NCBI GenBank assembly: GCA_963803435.1
Contig: CAWDML010000005.1
Coordinates: 456,252-520,251 of the forward strand
Source: an uncultured delta proteobacterium
GTDB lineage: Bacteria; Myxococcota; Kuafuiibacteriia; Kuafuiibacteriales; Kuafuiibacteriaceae
DNA: 64,000 nt
Direction of reading: 5' to 3'
In this document: positions 55,455 to 64,000 of the stretch, one piece after another
Layout of the letters: each line of letters starts with the position of its first letter
Numbering within the stretch: position 1 is the stretch's first letter
The notes under the pieces: model-generated
The model's input: the letters and a program-made list of their open reading frames with translations, nothing else
Told to the model about the DNA's origin: nothing
Database searches by the model: none
Translations under genes and position numbers: made by a program

Positions 55455-57383
55455 TCACCTGATCGGCCAGACGAGGCGTGCGAGACGGCGCTCGAGTGCA
55501 GAACGGTCGCGCGTCGAGAGGGAGAAGTGAGCGTGGATCCGTCGGGCGAGCGAGCGAAAGTGGTCTCGATGGAGCTCGTCAGGCTGCTCGCGCAGGAGGC
55601 TTGCGGTCGAGTCGATCCAGAAGAAGCGATCGATCATCCGGTCCGCGGAGAGCGCGCGGTCGATGAGATCTCGGAGCGCGGCTTTGGGCTCTTGGTGAAG
55701 CGCGAGCACGGCGCGCTTCTGTTCGTCGAGGTGAGCGAGCCAGTGGTCTCTGAGCGCGACGCGCTCGTTGATGAGCGCGAGGGTGATGGCGTCGGCTTCG
55801 TGGACGTGGGCGAGGTTCTTGACGATGCCGAGGAGGTATCGCGCGTCGGCGGAGTCGGGGAGCGTGCCGCGGTTCCGCTTGCCCTCGAAGATGGCGATGC
55901 TCTCGGCGACAGTGTCGCGGTCGTAGCGTGCGATGGCGGTGCGGAAGTGATGCTCGGGATTGAGGAGACCGAGGCGCGCGAAGGCGTCACCGAGCGCGTG
56001 GAGGACGAGCGGGTCCGACCGTGCAAGCTGAGTTGCATACGCTCGTTCCTGTCGTCGCCGGCGTTCTTCGAGGGCCTGCTTGGCCCGCGCGATCTCCTCC
56101 TCGGTCGGCGATGAGGAGAGGTAGAGGTCGACGCGGGTCCTCCAGGATCGGTCTTTACGCGGGCGATGGTTGAGCGTTCGCGCGAAGGTCTGGACGCGCA
56201 GTCGGAGGAGTTCGCGGGCGAGCTCGCGCGGGGTGGTCGCGCGGACGGCGAGCGGGGGCGCCTCCTGGGAGAAGAGCCCGAAGGCGCCCTCCACGTGCGC
56301 CTTGTTCTCGGGCCGCCCGAGCGTGGCGCGGATGCGAAGCGTATCGCCCAGCGCGGCGTCGACCTCATCGGTGTGATTCGAAGGACGGTTGTCGAGGAGC
56401 AAGGCGAGTGGCGGTGCGCCGGTGGTGTTCACTCCGTCCTCGAAGGACTCGACGACGGCGCCGCTGTCCTCCTCGTCGCGGATCGAGGCGCCGACGAAGG
56501 CGCCGGAGGCGGTGTCAACGTCGAGCTCGAGGTTGAAGAGGAACGGTTCGTCGTTGACGTGCACGAGGACCTCCATGCCGTCTCCGACCCACTGAGCTCC
56601 GGGAAAGAAGCTCTCGAAGGTGTCCTTGGTCGCCTTCTCATCAGGAGACCGTCCTTTCCTCGGACGCGGTGTCCGTTCGCCGTGGACGAAGAGGATGCGT
56701 GCGATGAACGAGCCGCCGTAGGGCAGGCGCAGGTGTTGGCGGACGTGGGAGACGAACGAGGAGAAGTCTCCGCACCAGGTCTTGTAGGCGGCGAGGATCG
56801 ATTCGATGTGGATCGAACGCGCCTCGTCGGGCTCGGCGACGGGCTCGTCGTTGGTTGATGCGACCGGTTCGAGCGCATCGCCTTGGGTGCGGCGCCAGTC
56901 CTCGAGGGTGGGCAGAGGCACGCAGGTGGCCGCTGCGAAGCGGGCGAGCTCGAGGTCCGGGTGCGCCTCGCGGAGCTCGAGGATGCGGACGCGGAAGGCG
57001 TCGGAGTAGATGCGGCGTAGTGCCGTCCCCGAGACGCAGCCGGGATGGGCCATGACGAATTCGAGCACGGCGTGCGCGATGACGAGGTCCTCACCCGAGA
57101 GCGGACGAGGATCCGATCTCACCGGCCGCCCGACGGCGCCGACCAGCCCCAAGAGCACCTCTTCGAGACGGGCAGCGATCCCGTAGGCGCGGCTCTTCGC
57201 AACCTGGGTGGCCTCGAGGATCGCCGCGACGCTGGGATGAGGGAGCCCGAGGCGATCGAGGTGCTGGCGCGCGCACAAAAGGAGCGCCGCGAGGGCGGTG
57301 GAGGGGACAGCGGGCGTGGGATCGAGTAGAGCAGTCAGCGGCGGGTCCTCCGGTTCCTCGGAAAGGTTTGTTTCGCAACTCAC
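55455..57383 (-). CDS. Long rve/DDE integrase-core protein (copy 2, intact 642 aa)
   Basis: Same motifs as copy 1, uninterrupted frame. Confidence 0.88.
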   Translation of the reverse strand: MSCETNLSEEPEDPPLTALLDPTPAVPSTALAALLLCARQHLDRLGLPHPSVAAILEATQVAKSRAYGIAARLEEVLLGLVGAVGRPVRSDPRPLSGEDLVIAHAVLEFVMAHPGCVSGTALRRIYSDAFRVRILELREAHPDLELARFAAATCVPLPTLEDWRRTQGDALEPVASTNDEPVAEPDEARSIHIESILAAYKTWCGDFSSFVSHVRQHLRLPYGGSFIARILFVHGERTPRPRKGRSPDEKATKDTFESFFPGAQWVGDGMEVLVHVNDEPFLFNLELDVDTASGAFVGASIRDEEDSGAVVESFEDGVNTTGAPPLALLLDNRPSNHTDEVDAALGDTLRIRATLGRPENKAHVEGAFGLFSQEAPPLAVRATTPRELARELLRLRVQTFARTLNHRPRKDRSWRTRVDLYLSSSPTEEEIARAKQALEERRRRQERAYATQLARSDPLVLHALGDAFARLGLLNPEHHFRTAIARYDRDTVAESIAIFEGKRNRGTLPDSADARYLLGIVKNLAHVHEADAITLALINERVALRDHWLAHLDEQKRAVLALHQEPKAALRDLIDRALSADRMIDRFFWIDSTASLLREQPDELHRDHFRSLARRIHAHFSLSTRDRSALERRLARLVWPIR

Positions 57384-57414
57384 CCTTGCCGCAGGAGGCG
57401 AAGGACCGCCACCT

Positions 57415-58695
57415 TCAATCGCGAAGCTCGAGGATCCGGCGGCCCATCAACCAGACCTCGGGCACGCCGTCCTTGGTGACGACCTTGAAGAGCTCGAGCC
57501 GGCGATCGCGCAGATCGAGATCGTCCTTGTCCTGTCCGGCGCCGGCCTCAATGCGCGCGAGGACCTCGTCCGCCCGCCCGTAGTACCGATCCGCCGGAAC
57601 GAGCAGACCGCCGAGCGCGTGGTGGGTCCGCGCGTGGTTGTACCAGTGCAGGTGCGCGGCGAGCCGGCGTCGCATCTCCGCGAGGTCGTAGAACCGGTTC
57701 ACGTCGAACAGCTCGGTGTGGAGGTTGCCGTTGAACGCCTCGATCTTTCCGTTCCACTCCTTCTCCTGGGCCACGATCTGATCGATCCCGAGCTCCGTCA
57801 GGTACGCGGTGAAGCGCGAGACGCCGCGCCACGACCAGAACGCGGCACCCTTATCGTGCAGCACCATCTCCGGCTTTCCGTGACGCGCGATCGCGTCCTC
57901 GAAAGTCTCGATCACGAAGTCGGCGCGCTCCGCGTCGCTCACGCCGTGTCCGGTGACGAAGCGGGCGCAGTCGTCGAGCAGGATCAAGGTGTGGGCATCA
58001 GCGCGGTTGATGAAGCGATGCACGTAATCGAGGTGCCACATGTGATTGGGTCGCACGGCCTCGAACCGCTCGTCGTGCTTCTTCCTCTTCACCCGCGGCG
58101 GTCGGTAGCCCGCGTCCTCCATTACCCGCCGCACCGTCCGCGTCGAGACCTTGATGCCTTTGCGCCGGAGCTGGTTCCGGATCTGGCTGGGGCCGAGGCC
58201 GGGGTGACGCTTCCACTCGGCCAGGATCTCCTGGTCACGCTGCGCCTCGATCTCGTCCGGTGCCGGTCCGCTCGTCGGTGCGGGGGCCTCACCCTTCGCC
58301 GCCTTCCTCGCCTTCGCGCGCCAGTCGTAGACGGTGAAGCGACTCATGCCCAGCTTCTCGGCGGCGGCCTGCACGCCGTGCTTCGACGCGTACTCGACGG
58401 CTTCGGCGATCTGCGAGGGCGTGTACTTCTTCGCCGTGCGGCCCCGCTCTACCTTCGCCTCGCCTCCTCGCTCCTTCTTCAGCTTGCTAGCCAACCTTCG
58501 TTTCGAATTGCTTCGAGCACTTCGCTCTTCACGCGACTTCGCGAGCCAGCGACTGACGTTGCTCTGATCGATGCCATGCTTCTTCGCCGCCGCGCAGACG
58601 CCGATCTTCTGCGCCTCGTCGACGACAGCGCGCCGCTGCTCCTCGGTGTACGAACGCCGTTCCTTGCTGCGCCTGCCACGTCTCTTCGTTGCCAT
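57415..58695 (-). CDS. IS481/IS3-like DDE transposase (copy 2)
   Basis: Protein identical to copy 1. Confidence 0.92.
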   Translation of the reverse strand: MATKRRGRRSKERRSYTEEQRRAVVDEAQKIGVCAAAKKHGIDQSNVSRWLAKSREERSARSNSKRRLASKLKKERGGEAKVERGRTAKKYTPSQIAEAVEYASKHGVQAAAEKLGMSRFTVYDWRAKARKAAKGEAPAPTSGPAPDEIEAQRDQEILAEWKRHPGLGPSQIRNQLRRKGIKVSTRTVRRVMEDAGYRPPRVKRKKHDERFEAVRPNHMWHLDYVHRFINRADAHTLILLDDCARFVTGHGVSDAERADFVIETFEDAIARHGKPEMVLHDKGAAFWSWRGVSRFTAYLTELGIDQIVAQEKEWNGKIEAFNGNLHTELFDVNRFYDLAEMRRRLAAHLHWYNHARTHHALGGLLVPADRYYGRADEVLARIEAGAGQDKDDLDLRDRRLELFKVVTKDGVPEVWLMGRRILELRD

Positions 58696-58782
58696 CTACA
58701 ACCCCCCGCCGCCGAGAGATTGCCTTGCACCCGGTCCGGGATTTCAGGCCTCGGCAGCCATGGAAGTTGTTGAGCAAGCGCA

Positions 58783-58995
58783 GTTACCCAGATGACGATC
58801 GGCTCTCGCATGGCAAGTGACCCCTCTTTCAAGACGACCGTCGAAACGTGCCGGGCTTCCGGTTCCACAGGTTGTTCGGGGCCGGCCATCAGTGCCGGAG
58901 GACTCTTCATTGGCGTTGTCACGACAGCCGGCGGCTTGTTCGCGACACGACGACGGTGGCGCCGCTCCAGGGACGGGGCTCGGAAAGAAGCGTAG
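58783..58995 (+). pseudogene. Zinc-ribbon membrane protein, 3' part
   Basis: Frame resumes after the duplicated GTTACC: VTQMTIG...AGGLFIGVVTTAGGLFATRRRWRR*. Confidence 0.7.
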
Positions 58996-59046
58996 ATCGT
59001 GGTCCAGGGGACTCACTTTGATTTTGCCTCGTTCATTCAACCCCAG

Positions 59047-59204
59047 AAAGAGAATGCTGTCTGAATTTTCAGAAACTCACGCCTGCAGGGAACGGGTGAC
59101 CAAAAGCCTCTTCGCCTCACCCGATCATCCGGCTTCTTGGATGTAAAGAGAATGCTGTCTGAATAATCGTTCATCAATAATGGATAAACTCAGACAGCAT
59201 TCTC
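59047..59204. repeat. AT-rich repeat cluster, putative replication origin or protein-binding sites
   Basis: AAAGAGAATGCTGTCTGAAT at 59047-59066 and 59145-59164, plus inverted TCAGACAGCATTCTC at 59190-59204. Confidence 0.75.
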
Positions 59205-59217
59205 CGTATCATCTTAT

Positions 59218-60477
59218 CTACTTCTGGACGTCACTCTGACTAGACCGCTTTCCTGGCGGTCGGCCTCTGCCTCTGTACCAGCGCTGCTCAAGCTCTCTGA
59301 GCTCGACCTGAGCGGGCCCGGAATCGAAGTCCCAGATCACTCGAAACACCTGAGCGTGCTTGCCGGCAAAGTGTTTCTTCTCGACCAGCAAGACATGCTC
59401 ACGGAGAAAGCGGCTGACCGTCGTCCGGCGCTCGGCTGTAATATGAGGCAGCTCCCTCATGTCGTTCGCCGACAACCGAATAAAGGGCGCCGGGTGCATT
59501 GAACCGCGAATGAACGAGAGGGCCGACGCAACGGCGAGACGATCACAACCGTCTTGGAGCGTCTCTTCGACTCGCTGGATGTCTCGAACCCCTAGCGGCG
59601 CATGCATCGGCAGCGCGTGCTTTGTAATCACAGGGCGAGGCAGCTCAGTCGGCCATCCGTAAACGTCTCCGACCTCGGCAATCGCGCGGGAGACCTCGTC
59701 GTCATTTGGGTGCACCAGGCTCATTGCCGCGCAGACCTCCACGAGGGATTCAGATGCGGCCATGCCCATATCCTTGCAGCCCGATATAAACTCCCGCATC
59801 CCCTGATGGCCGGGCGGAGCGACGGACCTCGCCAACCAGGAGTAACCCGTCGGCACGCCTCGCTTCTGATCAGCCGCAACTGCGCGGGCTCGAGCCGCTG
59901 GATTCAGGATATTGAGACCGCTTGTCTCCCGCGCCTGCAGCGACTTCGGCTCCACCCACGTATTGCTGATAAATGAAGGGTCGACGCCGTGCCCTCCATC
60001 TTCACGCAACCATGGCCGTTGGCCATAGTCGAATGGGCTGAATGATGGATGAATTCGGAAACAGCCAGTGAGCACTGCGCCATCATCCCGCGTATCCAAC
60101 TCGTAGCTTCCGAGGTCGATCGCGAAAAGTTCGGAGATCAATCGTCGATCACCTGTGCCGAACACGCGGGTGCCGGCCTCCTCGAGAGCCACAGCCGCCA
60201 AAAAAGCGGTCGCGACCGCGTCAGAATCGACGATTGCAGATGGCAAGCCAAGTCGACTACGAAGCCACTCAAACTCTTTGACGGTCATTACATCTACGGC
60301 GGCTACGAAACATGCCGCGCAGGACAACCGGTCTTGTAGATTCTTGACCGCAGGCAACTCCTTCCTCGGCCTGGCGGGCTCACTCCGCGCGGAAACTAGC
60401 CGTAGTTGTAGAGGCCCCGGCTTCTGGCGAAGTTTGGGTCCGTGCTCGTTGGACGGGTCCATGCCACGCATTCGCAA
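59218..60477 (-). CDS. Hypothetical protein, possibly a replication initiator with a C-terminal wHTH-like region
   Basis: 419 aa; C-terminal LSANDMREL..I...TTVSRFL; AT-hook-like GRGRP; lies beside the repeat cluster and a ParB-like gene. Confidence 0.5.
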   Translation of the reverse strand: MRMRGMDPSNEHGPKLRQKPGPLQLRLVSARSEPARPRKELPAVKNLQDRLSCAACFVAAVDVMTVKEFEWLRSRLGLPSAIVDSDAVATAFLAAVALEEAGTRVFGTGDRRLISELFAIDLGSYELDTRDDGAVLTGCFRIHPSFSPFDYGQRPWLREDGGHGVDPSFISNTWVEPKSLQARETSGLNILNPAARARAVAADQKRGVPTGYSWLARSVAPPGHQGMREFISGCKDMGMAASESLVEVCAAMSLVHPNDDEVSRAIAEVGDVYGWPTELPRPVITKHALPMHAPLGVRDIQRVEETLQDGCDRLAVASALSFIRGSMHPAPFIRLSANDMRELPHITAERRTTVSRFLREHVLLVEKKHFAGKHAQVFRVIWDFDSGPAQVELRELEQRWYRGRGRPPGKRSSQSDVQK

Positions 60478-60582
60478 TGGAAGATCCTTTCCGCCAGCGA
60501 GCGTGGTAGGATGCTCAACACTTAGTGCCGCTCGCGGGCTGATAGCTCCGCCTCCCGTTTGCAGCGCGAGGCGGAGCGTGTT

Positions 60583-61239
60583 TCAGAGAGTCTTCTTGTC
60601 ACCTCCTTGGGATGGGCCGCGACCTCGGCGTCGCCCCAGTCTTACTTGCTCTAGGTCCTTGGTACCTTCTAGGTAATCGAGAACGTCGCCAACGGCCTGA
60701 AGGCAATCAAGGTTGCGATCGGGAGACGAACTCTCGACCTGCAGCAGACCTCGAAGCCGATCGCAGCGGGTCCGCGTGCCGGGAGCGAGTTGAAAGCGGC
60801 TCGGCTTGCGTCCCCGCTTGATCATGCCGCACCGCCGTTCCTCTTCCTGAATGAGCGCGATCCCGTCCATCTGCGGAGCCCCGACCAACCTCCGAACGAG
60901 TCTTTCCTGGCTGGCCTCTGGGAGCATCGATACGCGAGCAGCAACGCGAGCACGGATCCCGCCTTCGGCCCGGTCCAAACCAACGCGCTCGGAGATCGCT
61001 GGGATCGTGGCAAGCTTGGCCCGACGGATCTCGTGCACAGTTCTCGGGTGAAGCCGAAGGCTCTCGGCAATCTCCACATCAGCGTCTCCAGCTCGAGCGC
61101 GCTGAACGATCAAATGGATCTGCTGTTTGGTGATGCCGCTCATCGCAGGCTCGGCAGTTCTGGCTCTTGGCATTTCGTGTTCTCGGGCGCGTTCGATAGA
61201 AGACTGGGTCATTCGTTGCGAGCTGGTGGCCTGCATCAT
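60583..61239 (-). CDS. HTH-containing hypothetical protein
   Basis: EIAESLRLHPRTVHEIRR HTH; ATGA overlap with the ParB-like gene. Confidence 0.65.
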   Translation of the reverse strand: MMQATSSQRMTQSSIERAREHEMPRARTAEPAMSGITKQQIHLIVQRARAGDADVEIAESLRLHPRTVHEIRRAKLATIPAISERVGLDRAEGGIRARVAARVSMLPEASQERLVRRLVGAPQMDGIALIQEEERRCGMIKRGRKPSRFQLAPGTRTRCDRLRGLLQVESSSPDRNLDCLQAVGDVLDYLEGTKDLEQVRLGRRRGRGPSQGGDKKTL

Positions 61240-62234
61240 CGTGCTTCCGCGAGAACTACGGCGCCCTGGCCATTGAGCGCCATGCTTGGCTCTGCAGGTT
61301 TCTGTTCTTGTTTGCGCCCGTCACCTTGAGCCCCGACCTCGGCCAAAGCGTTCCTGATGCTCAACAGGATACTGCGCTCAGCATCCGCAAACGCAGCCCC
61401 GTTCCTCCGGATCGTCAATTCATCGAGGAGCGCCTTTGCCAGCTTCAGCAGCGGCGATCTCGGCCCGGTATCCGTTCCCTCTGGTCGCGGTAGCTTCGCG
61501 GCCAGAGCCTCCTTGTGAGCTTGGTTGACGCTCAGTCCGGCTCGAACCCTCTCCACGAGCTCGGGAGCGTGTCGCAGGAGATAGCTTGCCTGGCGCGCCT
61601 TGGTACCACCCCATCCAACGGCGAGCCCGGCGAGTTCGACGGCCTTTCCACAATTTCCGTCTTCGGCGACCTCGACCTCTTCCGAAGGGGAGGTCAATCT
61701 CGACACACCCTTCTTCGAGGCCGGCTTCGTTTGCCGGTTGCTCCTTCCGCCCTCACGCCCGCCTTCGGACATCCTCTTCTTGGCGGCACGGGATTCAATG
61801 TCGAGGCGCATCTCGAACTCGGCCAGCCTATCGGCATCGCTCTTCGCACGCTGGACATTGCAATCCAAAAGCATCGAACGGGCTGCGTCTTCGTCTACGG
61901 GATCGACGAATCGGACCGGAACGGTCTCCTGCTCCAGAACTTGAGCTGCGCGCAACCGTCGATGCCCAGAGATAACCGTTCGGTCCTTCAACGTCACCAG
62001 GAGTGGCTCGAGGATCCCAGCCTCCCTGATGCTAGCCACAAGGCCGTCGTCCTCCTCGCTCGAGCCTGGGGACGCCCGGTAGAGCGCCGCGTTCGCGGGA
62101 TGCTCACTGAGACTGTTTGGTGGAACGAGATGAACCGCAGCTTGATCGGGCGGCGTCGGACTTGTCTGCGATACACTGGTGCGAGCGGTGGCACCGCGCA
62201 ATACGACCTTCTTGCTCGGCTTGGTAATAGTCAT
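61236..62234 (-). CDS. ParB/Srx N-terminal domain protein
   Basis: L.EHP.NA.LY, LVASIREAGILEPLLV, ISGHRRLRAA, CN.QR. Confidence 0.88.
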   Translation of the reverse strand: MTITKPSKKVVLRGATARTSVSQTSPTPPDQAAVHLVPPNSLSEHPANAALYRASPGSSEEDDGLVASIREAGILEPLLVTLKDRTVISGHRRLRAAQVLEQETVPVRFVDPVDEDAARSMLLDCNVQRAKSDADRLAEFEMRLDIESRAAKKRMSEGGREGGRSNRQTKPASKKGVSRLTSPSEEVEVAEDGNCGKAVELAGLAVGWGGTKARQASYLLRHAPELVERVRAGLSVNQAHKEALAAKLPRPEGTDTGPRSPLLKLAKALLDELTIRRNGAAFADAERSILLSIRNALAEVGAQGDGRKQEQKPAEPSMALNGQGAVVLAEAR

Positions 62235-62401
62235 CTTTGCTCCACTTCGTGTTCAGCGGGACGTCCTTTGACGTCCACAGTAGATCTCGACGGTACTGGC
62301 GCGTGCTGCCCTGTTGGAGCCGGTCGAGAACCGCTTTCTTGATCCCCTGTCGGAGCTGGTCTTTGCTGGGCGCGTCGCTGGCAGAGGTGCACGAGGTTTG
62401 G

Positions 62402-63490
62402 ATGGGTAGACCAAGCAACAAGAAGCCAAGGCACTCGACTGGGAAGAGGCCGTCGAAGCGGCCACCGACCAAACGACGCCAAGGCGAACGTCTTCTGCGT
62501 GAGAACCAGCGTCTCCGCCAAAGCCTGTTACAAACAGAGGAGCTTCTCGAGCATCTCTGGGCGGACATCGTCGGGCGCTACCAGCCGCTCATGCTGGAAC
62601 TGTCGTTGGATCCGCAGAACAAGGACTTCTGGTGGTTTTTCGATTTTGTGAACCTTCAGGCGTCGGATAGTGTTTGGAGGACTGTGCTGCTGGGAACAGG
62701 CGCCAGAGCCTGGGAAGATGAACGTCGCGTGCTCGAGAGGATCGCCGCCTCGCAGGAGTACTTTTCACCGAAGTTCGTGACTGAGCTGAGCACAGGTCCT
62801 CGAGCGAAGCGCGAAAAGACTGATTCGTTCGCCTTGTTCAGGCTCATTCGCCGAGATGCTCGTTACGTGGCGACTCCGTTCGTTGTGGCTTTGCTCCAGG
62901 AAGCACGGTTCATCCTCCAACAGTTGCAGATTCCAGAGGTGCACTGCGTTCTGCCTCGAGGGGACGAACACCACCCTCGGAAGACGCGTCGGAAGCCGCC
63001 AGAGGAACGAATGGAGGGTGCCAAATTGTTTACGGAGGAGCTCTCGAAGTCCGTCGCGTTCAACGTCGGCAAAGGGAGGGGCGGCGGGAACGCGATCCCG
63101 CTCCATGTAGCGACATTCGTCGAGGTTCAGTACCGAGCTCTTCAAGCGACATCTCAAGCCCTCAAGGCGCGAGCCGGAGCGGTGAGAGAGGCATGGACCG
63201 AAGATGAGGCTCGGCGAATCGCCGGCGGATACGACGTCGACGAGGAGGCCTTCGCCCATTTCTGGGCGAGTCCTCGCGGTTCGGTGAAGCAGTCGGCGAT
63301 CAAGTCGGCCGCCAAAGCTTTCTGCAAACAGCCCGAGACGATCACCGAGATCCTCGAGACAGCCAAGGTCGCGCTCGGCTGGCGTTGGGACTGGATGGAA
63401 CGCGGTGTCATCAAGCGTCGTTCATGGATGGAATCGCAGGGCAACTCGGTCGCTGCGGTCGCGGCGGCCGACTCGCCCAAGCGGCGCTAG
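62402..63490 (+). CDS. Hypothetical protein
   Basis: GAGGT RBS; long open frame with coiled-coil N-terminus. Confidence 0.65.
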   Translation: MGRPSNKKPRHSTGKRPSKRPPTKRRQGERLLRENQRLRQSLLQTEELLEHLWADIVGRYQPLMLELSLDPQNKDFWWFFDFVNLQASDSVWRTVLLGTGARAWEDERRVLERIAASQEYFSPKFVTELSTGPRAKREKTDSFALFRLIRRDARYVATPFVVALLQEARFILQQLQIPEVHCVLPRGDEHHPRKTRRKPPEERMEGAKLFTEELSKSVAFNVGKGRGGGNAIPLHVATFVEVQYRALQATSQALKARAGAVREAWTEDEARRIAGGYDVDEEAFAHFWASPRGSVKQSAIKSAAKAFCKQPETITEILETAKVALGWRWDWMERGVIKRRSWMESQGNSVAAVAAADSPKRR

Positions 63491-63578
63491 AACAACGCGA
63501 GGTCGCGCTCTACGGGGATCACAAAGAACTTCTCCACCCCCTCCTCCAGTTTGGACCGGCATGTACGCTTGAGTCACG

Positions 63579-63788
63579 ATGAGGTCTCGGGGGCGCGCGC
63601 AACACCAAAAGCACGACACGGATCAAATGGGCCCTTGGCTAGATGCCGGTGAGGCGGCGGCATACCTCGCGTTGCGCAGTCGCAAGGCTCTGTATGAAGC
63701 CGTCCATCGAGGCCAGGTTCCGGCGCATAGACTGGGCAGACGCCTTCGATTTCGCGCTGCCGAGCTTGATGCCCTTCTAGACCGGTAG
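63579..63788 (+). CDS. Excisionase-like MerR/HTH_17 DNA-binding protein
   Basis: WLDAGEAAAYL..SRKALY...RGQVPA.RLGRRLRFR..ELD. Confidence 0.88.
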   Translation: MRSRGRAQHQKHDTDQMGPWLDAGEAAAYLALRSRKALYEAVHRGQVPAHRLGRRLRFRAAELDALLDR

Positions 63789-64000
63789 GAAGCACTCGTC
63801 TTGCGGAGATCGGGTCGAAGTGCGTTCGCCGGGGGGCGTTACCTGCGCGTCCGACGGCCCCTCGGCAGGATAACGCCAACGACGTCGTCCGTCTCCACTC
63901 GACCGTCGGTGGTCGTGGCGACATTCGCAGTCGCACCGAGCAGCCAACACGCCAAGGAGTGCTCTCCTCCGAAATACGCCCATTCTTTCTCACTCTCCGC

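Larger units (their letters stand above)
55241..58782 (-). mobile_element. Insertion sequence, copy 2 (3542 bp)
   Basis: Near-identical to copy 1; flanked by GTTACC at 55235-55240 and 58783-58788. Confidence 0.92.

Noticed and set aside
59047-59204. Repeats as a mini CRISPR array
   Set aside because: Only two direct copies with a 78-bp gap, and the third copy is inverted.
63837-63847. CGTTACCTGCG, identical to the IS left junction
   Set aside because: Match is only 11 bp and does not extend into the TIR; compatible with chance.

Overview
High-GC bacterial DNA. The Cys-rich lipoproteins and gene style suggest Myxococcota/Deltaproteobacteria, but this is inference. Almost the whole window is mobile or accessory. 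(1) 1-8111: lipoprotein genes, an IS1182 remnant, decayed RHS fragments, a RelE/ParE-type toxin-antitoxin pair and a frameshifted tyrosine integrase. (2) 8112-8150: a lone 5' half of tRNA-Val(CAC) cut at the anticodon loop, with different tandem arm-like repeats on each side. It looks like the junction between two integrated elements. (3) 8151 to the window end: an apparent integrative element of more than 55 kb. It carries a defence cluster (Ser/Thr kinase, AbiEi/AbiEii, AvcD-type dCTP deaminase with a coupled micro-ORF, and a 174-bp MITE with a 10-bp target duplication). Next comes a sigma-54-type stress/energy cassette (zwf, gnd, glgP, ackA, xfp, a complete N-type ATPase atpDCQRBEFAG, ppk2), then a decayed zone. 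The backbone follows: DUF6744-like/AAA/VWA, Rad52-like SSAP plus Fe-S PD-(D/E)XK nuclease, XRE regulator, putative Rep with origin-like repeats, ParB-like protein and excisionase. A head-to-tail dimer of an unusual 3.54-kb insertion sequence, encoding two distinct, apparently catalytically intact DDE transposases, splits a zinc-ribbon membrane gene; the 6-bp target GTTACC occurs three times. The many single-base frameshifts look more like long-read indel errors than true decay. No CRISPR array was seen.
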